A stretch of 41,117 bases of DNA from Promethearchaeota archaeon (GCA_048939445.1 JBHLPN010000004.1:1-41117); one strand, 5' to 3'. Positions 1 to 9,378 are shown, counted from the first letter of the stretch. The notes: generated by a model from the letters alone, not told the origin. Made by a program: numbers and translations.

Positions 1-1205
1 AATGAGGTTATATCGAACCCTCCTGGCTTTGCTTCTTGAAATGCTAGGGTAGCATCACTTAATTTAATAGTTTCTGAGTGTTTATTATTATTAATGATCA
101 TTCTAATCTCAGTAAAAGGAGATAAAATTGTAGGCCAATTAGGTTCAATTTTATAATTAAATTCCAAAGTTGCATTTTTTATTTGAACATCTGCTCCTTG
201 AATTTTATCTCCAATTTGATTCCAAGAAACTGACGAAAACTGCTCAACTTTACTCTCATATGTAAAGGTTAAATTGAATGATTTAAAAATTAAATAATTC
301 CATAAGTCGTAATCGGGAAAATCATTATCTTCACAATAAATATCTAAACCCATAATTATAGTAAAATAAGAATGAGAAGGATCTTTTTCGAGAGCCAAAT
401 TAAGTGCAGTAATTAGATCACCTTCACTTACTGTTGGTAAAGATGTATCATTAATAGTTAAAATTGGAGGGTTATCTTGTCCTAAAGTAGTTGTTTTAAA
501 TTCTGCTACTCTAAAAGCATAGCTATTTTCTAAATCTGTAATTTCAATATAAAAAGTAGCAGAATCTCCAATTGCAAATTGGCCAACAGTGTCACCATCA
601 GCATCTACATTAGAATTTACACTAGCATTAAAAATAACATCAAGAGCAACTGTTGATATCTCGTAATCTAATAAATCCTCCATTAAACTCACATTTCTTT
701 TAAAATGAACACTTGGAAAATTATGAACTTGACCTGCCCCACCATTTTCATTTTCATCTAAATAATGATAAGTATAACAACCAGTTTCGTTTATTTTTGT
801 AAGATCTGGTAAAAGCTTATCACCATTGTTATAAATTTCCCATCCAAACCATGAAGATGTATTAATCGTCCCAGAAAGCAAAGAAAATTCTTTTCTACTT
901 CCCAAAATCTTATAATTAGCTGTATTATTACTAATATTTGCATCAATCGTTGAATTGTCTCCTTGGCTTCCTTTTGTAAAAAACCAATTATCTTGAGTTG
1001 AGAAATCATTATTTTTTAACCATTGTCTTTGAATAATTCTTGTTCCTGATGATTTTATATCATGGTTATTATTAGAATCAAAAGAATTTTCAATTGAAAA
1101 TGGGAAAATCAAATAGAGATTAAGTAAAATAATAATAAATATGCAAAAAAACAAATATCTAGTATTTTTTTTATATTTCCTCTTTATCTCCTTGAGACAT
1201 TTCAT
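1..1205 (-). CDS. Partial surface protein with an N-terminal membrane anchor. The 3' end lies beyond the window. Paralog of the N-terminal half of the 1205..3478 product.
   Basis: Absent from the ORF track because it has no in-window stop. Hand translation of the minus strand from ATG 1205..1203 stays open for 401 codons down to position 1. It begins MKCLKEIKRKYKKNTRYLFFCIFIIILLNLYLIFPFSIEN (basic N-terminus plus hydrophobic anchor). It aligns by eye with the neighbour: DPSHSYFTIIMGLDIYCEDN vs DPSHSNFTITIGIDIYCEDN, SVSWNQIGDKIQG vs TLSWNQISGKLDG, AFQEAKPGGFDIT vs SFQDAKSGGFDVT. The ATG overlaps the upstream stop (TAATG). Confidence 0.8.
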   Translation of the reverse strand, partial: MKCLKEIKRKYKKNTRYLFFCIFIIILLNLYLIFPFSIENSFDSNNNHDIKSSGTRIIQRQWLKNNDFSTQDNWFFTKGSQGDNSTIDANISNNTANYKILGSRKEFSLLSGTINTSSWFGWEIYNNGDKLLPDLTKINETGCYTYHYLDENENGGAGQVHNFPSVHFKRNVSLMEDLLDYEISTVALDVIFNASVNSNVDADGDTVGQFAIGDSATFYIEITDLENSYAFRVAEFKTTTLGQDNPPILTINDTSLPTVSEGDLITALNLALEKDPSHSYFTIIMGLDIYCEDNDFPDYDLWNYLIFKSFNLTFTYESKVEQFSSVSWNQIGDKIQGADVQIKNATLEFNYKIEPNWPTILSPFTEIRMIINNNKHSETIKLSDATLAFQEAKPGGFDITS

Positions 1206-3478
1206 TATTGGAAACCCCCCTTATTATTTATTGTTTCTTGCTCTTTTTCAACTAAATCTGATGTTTTTTTTATTTTTTTTTCTGCTTCCACCTTAGTTGC
1301 TGATTTTAAGATACCTTGCTTTTCTATAAGAATTCTTTCAATTATATCTCCACGGTTTTCAAGTATTATTGACTTGAGTTTCCTTCCCTTTCTAACTTTT
1401 TTCCTCAGTTTCCTTATTTTCCGTACTATAGGAGGATATTTTAAGTAAGTTTGATAAATTGTGAAAATTGACACAATTCCAATAATTCCTCCAATTAATA
1501 CATATAGGAGCACGGTCCAGAAAGGATTACTTGGGATATTGGCATTGATAATTATTTGATATGTTTCAAAAGAGTAATTTTCACCTGAAAACGCCGTAAT
1601 TGAGATAGTATATGCTCCTGCAGGTATGTTATTAATAGTGGTATTATAAATTCCGTCATTATTATCATCTATAAACTCTCCTTGTCCTAAGTCCCATGTA
1701 TAAGTTACTATTGCCCCTTTAACTGTTTCATCATAATCAGTGTTATTAACTATAACATCAATATTTACGCTTTCCCCTGGTTCAATATTTATAATATTGC
1801 TACCTAATACAGGTATAATTTCTGTACTAATTTTTCTAACATTTATTCTTAGATTTAATATTTGGGTTTCATGGTCCAAATTTTGAGCTTTTATTGTTAG
1901 AAAATTATCTCCCATGTTCAAATCTGCAGTACTATTAATTTCTGTTGTAAAGTGTTCATATATCAAACTTTCTGTTAAATTCTTTAAGACTCTATCTCCT
2001 GTTAGTAGAACATTTGCTCCAATTATGTGTGCCCCTGTTGAAATATTAGCAAATTTTACAGTTATATTTATTTGCTCTCCAATAGGTACATCTAAAAAAG
2101 GATTCAAAGTCTTATTTTGATTATTTATGAATAACTGTAAATTGGTATCGTAATCTGGTAAAGTCATTATATATGATATATTAAGAAAAACTTCAGTTAT
2201 GGAAATATTAATGTTTTGGGAAAATTCAAAACTATCTTTCAAATAAACTTGAATAGAAACAGAGATATTAGCATTCATTTCAATGAAACCTGTAACATCG
2301 AAACCCCCAGATTTAGCGTCTTGAAAAGAAGCGTTTGCATTTGTTAATTTTATGGTACCTGCTTCGTACAGTTTATCATTAATGAAAAATCTGATTTCTG
2401 AGAGTGGTGCGATTATAGGCCATGACTTATCAACTTTGTATTTGTAATTAAATTTTGCTTCAGTAATTTCTATAGTTTGACCGTCTAATTTACCTGAAAT
2501 TTGATTCCAAGACAATGTAGTTGAATGGTCTATTCTCTTGGTACAATTAAATGATAAATCACAAGTTTTAACAATTAATGAATCAAATATATCATCATCA
2601 GAGCCTGGAACGTTATCTTCACAATAAATATCTATTCCTATAGTAATAGTAAAGTTAGAATGAGAAGGGTCTTTTTCAAATGCAGAATTTAATGCTGTGA
2701 TTAAATCAATTTCACTTACAGGACTTACAGGATTATCAGATATTGTCAATATTGTTGGTTGACTAAAATTTTGTTGTCCTAAATATTTGGTTTTATTATA
2801 TGCAACTGTATACAGAGGGGGATTATAACCTAGATCTGAAATTTGAACATAGAAGGAAGCAGAATCCCCATTCGCAAAAAAATCCCATGAACCATCATCA
2901 TTAGGAGTATCAACATTTGAATTTGCAGATGCATTAAATATAACCTCTAAAGAAGCTGATGTAATAACATAATCTGACATATCAATAGGAACACTTATAT
3001 TTTTTCTCCAATGAACACTTGGAAATTGATTTGCATCATCTTGCCATCGATGATAAACATAACATCCATATGATCTAATTTCTGCAGTATCAGGTTGGAT
3101 ATATCCAGTATTGTTCACTTGTTTCCAGCCTAATGAATTAATAGAATTATTAATTATACCAGACACTACAGTGAATGATCTATTCTCACCCATAATCCCG
3201 TAATTTGCTTGATTCGCACTTGTAAAGGCTTTTAAATCAGTATTATCTCCTTCAGTCCCATTAGTCCAAAACCAGGTTGGTTCTACTGGAGCTTCAAAAG
3301 TAGGATTTTTTAGCCATTGTTTAGTTTGTGAAATTTGACGAGATAAAAGTGGGTTATCAACCTTATTGTCTGATATGAAACTATTTCGCTTTTGATAAAA
3401 ATTGGGATAAAAATATGAAATTGTAATTAGAATAAATATTAATACTATTATCTTTTTATTCTTTCCCTTCAATCTCAT
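1205..3478 (-). CDS. Large bitopic surface (glyco)protein, 757 aa, with Ig-like beta modules and a C-terminal TM followed by a conserved basic cytoplasmic motif
   Basis: Long ORF. The N-terminus is a basic stretch plus hydrophobic segment (KKIIVLIFILITISYF). The ectodomain is N/T/S-rich with many N-x-S/T sequons. It has repeated beta-type modules (GEQINITVKFANISTGAHIIGANVLL; GESVNIDVIVNNTDYDETVKGAIVTYTW). The C-terminal TM is FWTVLLYVLIGGIIGIVSIFTIY, followed by KYPPIVRKIRKLRKKVRKGRK and a charged tail of about 55 aa. Confidence 0.8.
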   Translation of the reverse strand: MRLKGKNKKIIVLIFILITISYFYPNFYQKRNSFISDNKVDNPLLSRQISQTKQWLKNPTFEAPVEPTWFWTNGTEGDNTDLKAFTSANQANYGIMGENRSFTVVSGIINNSINSLGWKQVNNTGYIQPDTAEIRSYGCYVYHRWQDDANQFPSVHWRKNISVPIDMSDYVITSASLEVIFNASANSNVDTPNDDGSWDFFANGDSASFYVQISDLGYNPPLYTVAYNKTKYLGQQNFSQPTILTISDNPVSPVSEIDLITALNSAFEKDPSHSNFTITIGIDIYCEDNVPGSDDDIFDSLIVKTCDLSFNCTKRIDHSTTLSWNQISGKLDGQTIEITEAKFNYKYKVDKSWPIIAPLSEIRFFINDKLYEAGTIKLTNANASFQDAKSGGFDVTGFIEMNANISVSIQVYLKDSFEFSQNINISITEVFLNISYIMTLPDYDTNLQLFINNQNKTLNPFLDVPIGEQINITVKFANISTGAHIIGANVLLTGDRVLKNLTESLIYEHFTTEINSTADLNMGDNFLTIKAQNLDHETQILNLRINVRKISTEIIPVLGSNIINIEPGESVNIDVIVNNTDYDETVKGAIVTYTWDLGQGEFIDDNNDGIYNTTINNIPAGAYTISITAFSGENYSFETYQIIINANIPSNPFWTVLLYVLIGGIIGIVSIFTIYQTYLKYPPIVRKIRKLRKKVRKGRKLKSIILENRGDIIERILIEKQGILKSATKVEAEKKIKKTSDLVEKEQETINNKGGFQ

Positions 3479-3648
3479 TCACATATTAATATTTTTTAAT
3501 TACAAGAAATTATGAAAATCAAATTTCAAATCTGATTAGAGTCTTTAAATTAACTTAATAGAATTTATTTATAATACACATAAGATATTAGATAAATTTA
3601 GAATAATAATAGCAATATGGTGTATAAATATCTTTTTTTTTTATTTTT

Positions 3649-3665
3649 GTATCAAAATTTGATAC
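3649..3665. promoter_or_regulatory. 17-nt palindrome (8-bp arms, 1-nt centre) in the 398-bp divergent intergenic region between the two surface-protein genes. Candidate operator.
   Basis: GTATCAAA-A-TTTGATAC read directly from the sequence, roughly midway between the divergent starts at 3478(-) and 3877(+). A chance occurrence in AT-rich DNA cannot be excluded. Confidence 0.2.
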
Positions 3666-3876
3666 TTGTTCTATTTAAATTTCTGGAATATTTGAGTGAT
3701 ATCTTAAAAATATAATCTACATCGAATTGGATTTTTTATAAGAAAAAATTTCGTAGTATTTTAATATACTATATTGATATTAGTATCCTATATTTTATTC
3801 TAATTATATTTATAATGATAGTCATACAAATATTATATTAAATTAAATTTGAATAATGTGTATAAGAATTTCATAG

Positions 3877-6800
3877 GTGAGTAAATTGAAAGTAAAAAGG
3901 GATAGGTTTTTAAATCTAGTTACCAAAAAAAAGGGAATAGTTTTATCGGTTTTATTTATCATTTTTTTGATGATTGCTTTTTTAAACACTCTTAACATAA
4001 ATCAAAATTTTAATCAAATTTATAATGAAAAGGAAGAATTATTTTCTAAAGATTTAAAAACCCAAGCTTTAACCACTGATAATGTATTTAGTGGTATCGG
4101 AGCTCCTTGGAATGTAACTCACTATGCTAATCGAACAAAAACTGATTTAGCAGTAAGTTTTTATGATAATTCCTTTGACGACATTCATGCAAAAGTAGAA
4201 TTATATGGATGGAATGGATATCAATTAAATTCCACAATAACAAATTTATATGATACACGAAATTGGATTAATGGAACATTTCATGCTGGTCCGGATGATG
4301 ATGATTATACAAGTGACGAAGATGATAGCGATTATATCGCTAATTGGACATTCCATGATGGAGATACTGGTACATTCAATAATCCCACGACTGGAAATTA
4401 TCATGATACCTCCTCAAGTTATTCTAACGGTCAAGATTGTCTGGAATTGAAGGTTTGGGATGATCCTGGTAATGATGGTCGTTATGATGTTGGCGATAAA
4501 TGCTGGTGGGAAACTAGTATTGAAATGGATAGAGGTGATGTGGAAGACGCATGGTTAAGTTTTTCAGTCCGAGCATACTCTACTGATGAATTCAATAATC
4601 ATATGGTATTACAAATTATAGTTAATGATAAAATTCTATGGGGGAACGGTCTAGCTTCAATGTTGGAGGCAAGTGGTAATCCATCTCCACCAGGTTGGGG
4701 TCAATGGTATAATCCATATCCTATTTACTTAGATGGTGATGATGATCAAATTTTTTCCGAAGGAGTTAAAACTTTGAATGTTACCTTTGAATTTAAGCGA
4801 GTTAGTGGAACCGCACCTGGGTATGAGGAATATTATACCGTACTTTTCGACAATGTTTCTTTAATCGTAAAATCGAAAGTAAAACCATCCCAAGTTGAAT
4901 TGCAATTAAACAATGAAGATGTAGAAGACACTGCTAATTATGGTGAAGGTAATCTTGGAATTATGGGTAATTGGAATGGAAGTAGCCAATCGTATGTCAC
5001 TGCTAATTTTAGTAGTAATTTGGATTGGCCTTTAACTTATGAAGAAGATGGAATTTGGAGAAGTTATAAGATAGAACTTAATGCAAATTTGAATTTATTT
5101 GCAAATAATACTAGTCCTGAAACATATTATACGGCTGATCCCGATCTAAGTTATCAAGGCTCTGCTTTTAGTGTATCCAATAATAGTGTTACAAATTGGA
5201 TAACATATGCCCATATGGAGATTCCAGTAGGATACGAAGAAACAAATATGACAATTGAATATCCTTTGGATGTTAATTTAACAGGAGTATTTTTCTCTCA
5301 AAATCCTAATAATATTTCTCAAACTACTATAACAGAATATGGAAATAAAAAAGTTGTAAATATTCCAGTAAGTTCCATAACAAGCAATACAAATGGATTT
5401 TGGAAGTTAACAGCATTATCACCTAATTATTGTTCAGAGTTAAATATGTATAAGGGTCCTACTGCTACGGGACCGTGGATTTTTGATAATGCATTCATAA
5501 GTGGAGAATATATCAATATAACAGGAAAAATTATAAGTCCTCAACTAGATATATCTAGTTATATTGAAAATACTAAAGCAAATATGTACATAAGATTTCC
5601 AGATGGCACAATTTGGACTGGAGAAAATCAAATTAAACAAGTTAACGATAATGGGGTTGTTTATTTTGACCCTGTTATGATACCTAACAATGTTCCTAAC
5701 TATAAAGCAGGAGAATATGAATTGATTATCACTTGGAATAATTCATACTCATCATTTCAATTAAATGAAACAGGAATTATTTATAAAAAGTTTACAGTAA
5801 TTCATGATTCTAAACTTGAACCAGTCCAAGGTATATATTTCATTGAAAATATCTTTGACGATAGAAGTATAAACATAAAAGTCTCTTATAGTGACTTAAT
5901 AGACAATAAAGTTATTGAAAATGCTGATGTATATACCAATTTTACAGGGACTCCTGAAATTTTAAGTGATATCGGCTCAGGTGATTATTTATATGTATTT
6001 AATGCCAGTAAAGCTAGCGCTGGTAATAATACTCTTACAATTTATGCTGACCATGAATTTTATTTGAATAAAGAAGTAAATATTATTGTTGAAGTAGTAA
6101 AGCAAACAATTCTTACCATAGAAAATGAATATGAAATTGTTAATGTTGCATGGAATGATAATTTTACAGTGAAATTTAATTATACTGAAAAAAATACTGG
6201 ATATGGGATTGATGCTTTTGATGATGTAAGTGTAACTTGGAATGGTGAGTATCATTTAATTCAACCCATTGTTGGACAGTATGAGTTAGAATGCAATACA
6301 TCTGCTTATAGTTCACTTACCCTCCAATCTTTATTAATTTCTATTAATCCTTATACATATCAAGCTCAATCTAAATTAATTAATGTCCAAATAACTGAAT
6401 TAGGAAGTTATTTAAAATTATATGTGAACCAAATTCCAACAAATTATAGCGATACTATCCAAATAGATCTTGGTGAAGACATAAATATTACTGTACAGTA
6501 TCGGGATACTTTAAACGGAAATCATCTTCCTAATGCGATTGTTGAGTTATTAGATGTTGACTTTTTAAATGAGACAAACAATCAGTATACAATAATTATA
6601 GGAGAAGAGTCTTTAGAGCAAGGAATCACACCACTTACCGTATTTGCACATAAAGATAATTATAATGCTCAATCAATTTACTTTTTCATTAGAGTAACTG
6701 AAAAACCAACAAACTTTCAACTTATATTAAATGGTGCAATTAAGACGAGTCCTGCAATTTTTAATCTTACTATAGGAGAAATATTAAATATAACTGTAAA

Positions 6801-7629
6801 GTATACGGATCAAATTGGAGCTTATATCCCTAATGCATTTGTAACATTAAATGAACTTTCAATGACTTTAACTAGAGATGATGTTTTAAAACAACATAGC
6901 ATTGAATTGGATACAATGGAATTAGTACATTCAACGGAATTGGAAATTTCAATTTCAAATAGGATATCAATTACAGCAAATGCTACGAATTATGGAATTC
7001 AAGAAAAATTGCTGATACTTACTATTAATAAAATACCCACGCTAATTAATATATCGTCTCAAATAAGTGCTGAACCCGGAGATGATGTTACATTAAGTGC
7101 AATTTTACTTGATACTCACTTTGGAGGTACTATTCTTGATGCTCAAGTTACTTACAAATGGGCTTATGGTCAAGGAGAACTTAATGACACTAATAACAAT
7201 GGTATTTATGAGGTGCTTTTGGAAAATGTTCCAGAAGGTACTTATCCCATAACTATTTATGCTGATGCAGGAGATGATTATGAATTTCAGAGTAAAGAAA
7301 TAGCTTTAATCGTGACTAGCCCTGAAGTAGGTCCTGGACTTGATTTGAGTTGGCTTATATATGTATTAGTTGGGGGAATTATTGGGCTTGTCACGGTTTT
7401 TACACTATATCAAAAACATTATAAATATCCTCCTATGGTTAGAAAAATAAGAAAATTAAAGAAAAAAGTTCGGAAAACAAAAAAGACAAAACCTATCTTA
7501 GTAAATAGTCGAGATGAAACAATAGAAAATAGTTTCCAGAATAATCTAAGAGTCTTAAAGGATGTAAATCAAACGGAGACACTCAATCAGGATGAGAAAC
7601 TATTTCTTAAAAAAGAAGAGGAAAGTTAG
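3877..7629 (+). CDS. Very large bitopic surface (glyco)protein, 1250 aa, sharing Ig-like modules and the C-terminal TM plus KYPPxVRK motif with the 1205..3478 product
   Basis: Long ORF with a GTG start at 3877. An alternative TTG at 3886 lies 7 nt after AGGTGA. The N-terminal anchor is GIVLSVLFIIFLMIAF. It has an acidic patch (GPDDDDYTSDEDDSDY) and many N-x-S/T sequons. Repeated modules include GEDINITVQYRDTLNGNHLPNAIVELL, GEILNITVKYTDQIGAYIPNAFVTL and GDDVTLSAILLDTHFGGTILDAQVTYKW. The C-terminus is WLIYVLVGGIIGLVTVFTLY, then KYPPMVRKIRKLKKKVRKTKK, then a charged tail. Confidence 0.85.
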   Translation: MSKLKVKRDRFLNLVTKKKGIVLSVLFIIFLMIAFLNTLNINQNFNQIYNEKEELFSKDLKTQALTTDNVFSGIGAPWNVTHYANRTKTDLAVSFYDNSFDDIHAKVELYGWNGYQLNSTITNLYDTRNWINGTFHAGPDDDDYTSDEDDSDYIANWTFHDGDTGTFNNPTTGNYHDTSSSYSNGQDCLELKVWDDPGNDGRYDVGDKCWWETSIEMDRGDVEDAWLSFSVRAYSTDEFNNHMVLQIIVNDKILWGNGLASMLEASGNPSPPGWGQWYNPYPIYLDGDDDQIFSEGVKTLNVTFEFKRVSGTAPGYEEYYTVLFDNVSLIVKSKVKPSQVELQLNNEDVEDTANYGEGNLGIMGNWNGSSQSYVTANFSSNLDWPLTYEEDGIWRSYKIELNANLNLFANNTSPETYYTADPDLSYQGSAFSVSNNSVTNWITYAHMEIPVGYEETNMTIEYPLDVNLTGVFFSQNPNNISQTTITEYGNKKVVNIPVSSITSNTNGFWKLTALSPNYCSELNMYKGPTATGPWIFDNAFISGEYINITGKIISPQLDISSYIENTKANMYIRFPDGTIWTGENQIKQVNDNGVVYFDPVMIPNNVPNYKAGEYELIITWNNSYSSFQLNETGIIYKKFTVIHDSKLEPVQGIYFIENIFDDRSINIKVSYSDLIDNKVIENADVYTNFTGTPEILSDIGSGDYLYVFNASKASAGNNTLTIYADHEFYLNKEVNIIVEVVKQTILTIENEYEIVNVAWNDNFTVKFNYTEKNTGYGIDAFDDVSVTWNGEYHLIQPIVGQYELECNTSAYSSLTLQSLLISINPYTYQAQSKLINVQITELGSYLKLYVNQIPTNYSDTIQIDLGEDINITVQYRDTLNGNHLPNAIVELLDVDFLNETNNQYTIIIGEESLEQGITPLTVFAHKDNYNAQSIYFFIRVTEKPTNFQLILNGAIKTSPAIFNLTIGEILNITVKYTDQIGAYIPNAFVTLNELSMTLTRDDVLKQHSIELDTMELVHSTELEISISNRISITANATNYGIQEKLLILTINKIPTLINISSQISAEPGDDVTLSAILLDTHFGGTILDAQVTYKWAYGQGELNDTNNNGIYEVLLENVPEGTYPITIYADAGDDYEFQSKEIALIVTSPEVGPGLDLSWLIYVLVGGIIGLVTVFTLYQKHYKYPPMVRKIRKLKKKVRKTKKTKPILVNSRDETIENSFQNNLRVLKDVNQTETLNQDEKLFLKKEEES

Positions 7630-7659
7630 ATCCAGAAATAACTTTATTTTTTAATTCTT

Positions 7660-8469
7660 TTATAAGGTACTTTTTACAAAACCACCATCTACTTGAATTG
7701 TTGTCCCTGTGATATAACTTGCTCTTTCAGAAGCGAGGAATACAACTAAATTAGCTAACTCCTCTGGTTTTCCTAATCGTCCTAACGGAATAGGATCTAT
7801 CCATGTTTTCTCGATTTCTTCATAAGATTTTCCTGTGTCTTGAACAGTTTTATTGATTAATTCTTTCATACGATCTGTTAAGGTGGGACCAGGGCATACA
7901 ACATTTACCAAGATGTTATGCTTAGCATATTCATTAGCGAGTGTTTTTGCATAACCTACCACTCCAAGGCGGGTAGTATTTGATAGTACTAAGTTATTTA
8001 GGGGTTGTTTAACAGAAATAGATGTGATCGCAATAATACGTCCTTTTTTTTGCATTTTCATAAGAGGGATTACTAATTCGGTCGTAAAAATGAAAGAACG
8101 GAGATTTAAGTCAATTGAATTTATCCAATCTTCATGTGTTATTTTCTCAATTGATCCTGAAGGAGGTCCCCCAGCATTATGTACCAAAACATCTATTCTC
8201 CCAAATTCATATAATGTTGCTTCTATTAGGTTCTTTATCTGATCTTCATACATCAAGTCAGCAACAATAGGAATTACTTTATTCTCTGAATTTATTGATT
8301 CTGTTGCTTCTATTTTTTCTTTTGCGATTTTTAAATTTTCTTCCGAGCGACTAGAAATTACTACATGAGCCCCCTCTTCATAAAATCCTTTAGCACATGC
8401 TAGTCCTAATCCTTTACTTGATGCCAATACTAAAGCAACCTTATTTTTTAAACCTAAATTCATTTTCAA
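7660..8469 (-). CDS. Short-chain dehydrogenase/reductase (SDR) family oxidoreductase, FabG-like
   Basis: 269-aa ORF. The N-terminus is Rossmann-like (KVALVLASSKGLGLACA). It has the NAG motif (VLVHNAGGPP), a mid-protein active-site region (ITSISVKQP...GYAKTLANEYAKHNI) and VNVVCPGPTLT. Confidence 0.88.
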   Translation of the reverse strand: MKMNLGLKNKVALVLASSKGLGLACAKGFYEEGAHVVISSRSEENLKIAKEKIEATESINSENKVIPIVADLMYEDQIKNLIEATLYEFGRIDVLVHNAGGPPSGSIEKITHEDWINSIDLNLRSFIFTTELVIPLMKMQKKGRIIAITSISVKQPLNNLVLSNTTRLGVVGYAKTLANEYAKHNILVNVVCPGPTLTDRMKELINKTVQDTGKSYEEIEKTWIDPIPLGRLGKPEELANLVVFLASERASYITGTTIQVDGGFVKSTL

Positions 8470-8478
8470 TAATCCTCA

Positions 8479-8652
8479 TCAATCTTTAGGATCCGAAGTG
8501 AAATCAGAGAAATTAGCACACTTTTTGTAAAATACATTGCACCTATTACAATTTTCAGCGCTCAAACACTCTATTGCATAAGGACAGATAATTCCCTTTT
8601 TGTCTATTTTTATCATAACTCTATGTAGTCGTTTTTCTATTTCAATTTTCAC
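8479..8652 (-). CDS. Small Cys-rich protein (57 aa from GTG, 45 aa from ATG 8616), co-oriented with and 9 nt upstream of the SDR gene
   Basis: Below the ORF-track size cut-off. Hand translation gives (V/M)KIEIEKRLHRVMIKIDKKGIICPYAIECLSAENCNRCNVFYKKCANFSDFTSDPKD*. The five Cys are spaced C-x5-C-x5-C-x2-C-x6-C. GGTGA (plus-strand TCACC, 8659..8663) lies 6 nt upstream of the GTG. Confidence 0.35.
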   Translation of the reverse strand: MKIEIEKRLHRVMIKIDKKGIICPYAIECLSAENCNRCNVFYKKCANFSDFTSDPKD

Positions 8653-8890
8653 AATTTTTCACCAAACAGTTCCTTCTTTCGCTTCTTATTTCACTTCTAA
8701 TTATATTATCGGTTTAATAATATAAGAAAAACTGCTTTCATTAAAATTATTAGGATTTTGATATAAACCTTTTAAATTCTACTTCTTGAAAAGTTATTTT
8801 CCTAAATTTCCTATGAAAGATTTCAAAAAGATAATTTTATAAATTCAAATAGTTATAATAGTTTTAAAGATTGAAGAATATATTAATAAT

Positions 8891-8906
8891 ATATATAAAT
8901 TATATA
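8891..8906 (+). promoter_or_regulatory. TATA-box-like element upstream of the Roadblock/LC7 gene, implying a leaderless or near-leaderless mRNA
   Basis: ATATATAAATTATATA lies about 11-26 nt upstream of ATG 8917. AGGTG lies only 1 nt before the ATG, too close for a Shine-Dalgarno site. The region is AT-rich, so specificity is low. Confidence 0.25.
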
Positions 8907-8916
8907 CAAAAGGTGT

Positions 8917-9378
8917 ATGAGTATTAGTATTGACACGAAAAGTTTCGATAATATTCTCAGTAAGATTATAAAAAGTGAAAGTGGCATTAAAAAAGTAATT
9001 TTGGTTGATAGGACAGGATTAACAATAGCAAGTGTCTCTAAATTCTCTTATTTCCCCGCCGATGTAGATGGGATTGGTGCCATTGCGAGTGCTGTTTTTT
9101 GCGCTAGTGAAGAACAAGGTAAAAATCTTGAACTTGGTAATCTTGAAATTGTCACTTCAGAATTCAGCGGAGGTAAGATATTTGCTTCTAGTTGTGGTCC
9201 TAAAGGAGTACTCACCTTAATTTCTGATCCAGAAATCAATATAGGTTTAATTAGGCTTATCTTAAAAAGATCCGGAGATGAGTTAAAGGAAATACTAGAT
9301 GAATTTTTGAGTGAAGTTCCAGAAACACTTGATAGTGGATTAGATTTATCAGATCTAGACTCACTTACACCTGATTAA
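8917..9378 (+). CDS. Roadblock/LC7 (MglB-like) domain protein with an acidic C-terminal tail
   Basis: 153-aa ORF. The core (KKVILVDRTGLTIASVS...IGAIASAVFCASEEQGKNLELGNLEIVTSEFSGGKIFASSCGPKGVLTLISD) matches the Roadblock/LC7 pattern by eye. The tail is EVPETLDSGLDLSDLDSLTPD. Confidence 0.75.
   Translation: MSISIDTKSFDNILSKIIKSESGIKKVILVDRTGLTIASVSKFSYFPADVDGIGAIASAVFCASEEQGKNLELGNLEIVTSEFSGGKIFASSCGPKGVLTLISDPEINIGLIRLILKRSGDELKEILDEFLSEVPETLDSGLDLSDLDSLTPD

Noticed and set aside
1370-7491. An inverted repeat of about 130-150 nt (1370..1522 vs 7351..7491, roughly three-quarters identical by eye) that could be read as terminal inverted repeats of a mobile element.
   Set aside because: Both arms are the in-frame coding sequence of the homologous TM plus KYPPxVRK tails of two divergently oriented paralogs. 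There is no transposase and no target-site duplication.
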